This document shows, in pieces, positions 62,501 through 64,000 of a stretch of DNA of 64,000 nucleotides; position 1 is the stretch's first letter, and each line of letters opens with the position of its first letter. The DNA is from Phaeosaccion multiseriatum (Eukaryota; Protista; Ochrophyta, other classes). Location: the NCBI GenBank assembly GCA_965112735.1, contig OZ218957.1, forward strand, positions 372,001-436,000. The letters run 5' to 3'. The notes under the pieces were generated by a model. It saw nothing but the letters and a program-made list of their open reading frames with translations. It did not search any database and was not told where the DNA came from. The position numbers and the translations under genes were made by a program.

Positions 62501-63717
62501 TCTCTATCCCCCCCCCCCCCCCAACCCCGACAGCCACCGCCTCCCTCAATGCCCCTGTGCCCCGTCAGAGAGGAGAGGGAGAGGGAGAGGGGCGAGGAGG
62601 GAGGGAGGGGAGGGAAGGAGGCGAGGCAGAGTCGGAGAGACCGAGACCCGCGTCTTCTCGTGCATACATGCACGCACGCACGCACGCACGCACGCGCAGG
62701 CCAGTAAGTGAGCGGCCCTCGGGCCTGCCAACCAACGGCCCCTTGACGTACGATACCCCCCCTCTCTCTCCCTCTCTCTCTCGAGCGAGAGTGACGTGTG
62801 TGTGAGAGTGGCGCGGATGCCCCCACCAACGGCGCGGCACAGCGAGCTGCGCACGCGTCCTCTTCCCTCGGGCCCCGGGGTGGCGGGGGGCTCCCAACTT
62901 ATCGTAATGTGGGGTGGCGGTGTGTACCTCATCAAGGGGCGACGTTGACGGCGGTGGAAGCAGCGATCCCTCCACGGTTGACGAAGGGGCTCTCGACTTG
63001 CTGGTCACGGGGGTCTTCTTGACGCGGTGTTGCTCGAGTCCGGGGATGCCACTGACGATTGTGCTGTCACTGGATGACCAACTGCTACTGCTGGGGGTGG
63101 TGGTCGTGGTGGTGGTGCCGGTGCCCGTGGTGGTGACGATGGGGAGCTTGCCGGTGGTGGTGCAGCTGCCGCCCCTTTTCTTGCGGTGAGAAGGAGTGGT
63201 CGCAGGGATATCCGTCGACGCTGACGATGACGCTCGATGCCTCTCCTTACTTACTGCCAGCGTCTTTTCTTTGCGCTGTGATATCGTCCGACGCGGGTTG
63301 GTGGTGGTGGTGATGGTGGTGGTGGTGGTGGTGGTGGTGGTGGTGGTGGTGGTGGTGGTGGTGGTGGTGTACCGAGAAAATTTCAACAGGCGCCTCTACC
63401 CGAGGCACAAGCTCATGTGCAGAACAGAACAGAACAGAAGAGGAGAGAAGAGGACATAACAGGACAGAACAGAACAAGACAGAACAGGACAGAACAGAAC
63501 AAGACAGGGGAAATGCACGGCACCACAGAAGGTACTGCACAACACAGCAGGGTGTGGAGCCACACTGGCTTGACTCACGTTGCTCATTTGGGCCATCATC
63601 TCAGCCACGGCTTGGGCCACATCGGAAGGCCTCTTCCCGGTGACCATGATCACACGATAGGGTGTCTTGTCGAGGCGCAGCTGCTCGCCCTGCTTACACG
63701 CGGCACATGCAAAACCA

Positions 63718-63811
<94 letters not shown>

Positions 63812-64000
63812 TACACATACAAAATACAATTTCAATTAAGTGATGAAAAAAGGCTCCCAAAGAGTAACCTTGCTTGGCCGACAAACGCAACCCACACTCG
63901 CTGACCACACACACAACCACCCACGCACGCCCCCACCCACCTGCTGCTGAGACATCCTGATGGAAACGGAGAAGCGCATCTGCATGGCCTTCTGGATACA
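58650..64000 (-). CDS. Multi-KH-domain RNA-binding protein with Q/P-rich C-terminus; 5' end beyond the right window edge
   Basis: YRVIMVTG...VAQAVAEMM; [18 protein letters not shown]...[16 protein letters not shown]; [27 protein letters not shown]...MYISG..ASISKAC. Confidence 0.75.

Overview
Eukaryotic, GC-rich, intron- and microsatellite-rich nuclear DNA, most consistent with a stramenopile/ochrophyte alga (inferred from the FTO homologue, a CryptonS-type element and a probable plastid-targeted protein). Most ORFs in the supplied track are repeat-driven artefacts. Genes that can be reassembled across splice sites are, in order: RECQL4-type helicase (-, runs off the left end), CZIB/DUF866 (+), an FTO demethylase fused in-exon to an ASCH (PUA-like) domain (-), three intronless F-box-like/ankyrin-repeat genes with an orphan ABCA C-terminal relic among them, an apparently intact Crypton tyrosine-recombinase transposon with a C-terminal PHD-like finger (-), TRAPPC13 (-), NCKAP1/NAP1 (+), an intronless coiled-coil orphan (+), a probable plastid NAD(P)-binding-like protein (-), PLPBP/YggS (-), SEC22 (+), a second ankyrin pair (one copy broken by a MITE) and two tandem KH-domain paralogues (-). 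The most interesting signals are: the FTO-ASCH fusion; introns bracketed by an inverted GGATGGCAGT/ACTGCCATCC motif and/or junction direct repeats (introner-like or structure-bridged introns); the Crypton with palindromic subterminal sites; a small MITE family with 6-bp TSDs; and a head-to-head ankyrin gene pair duplicated as a unit. All family assignments come from motif recognition by eye, not database searches.
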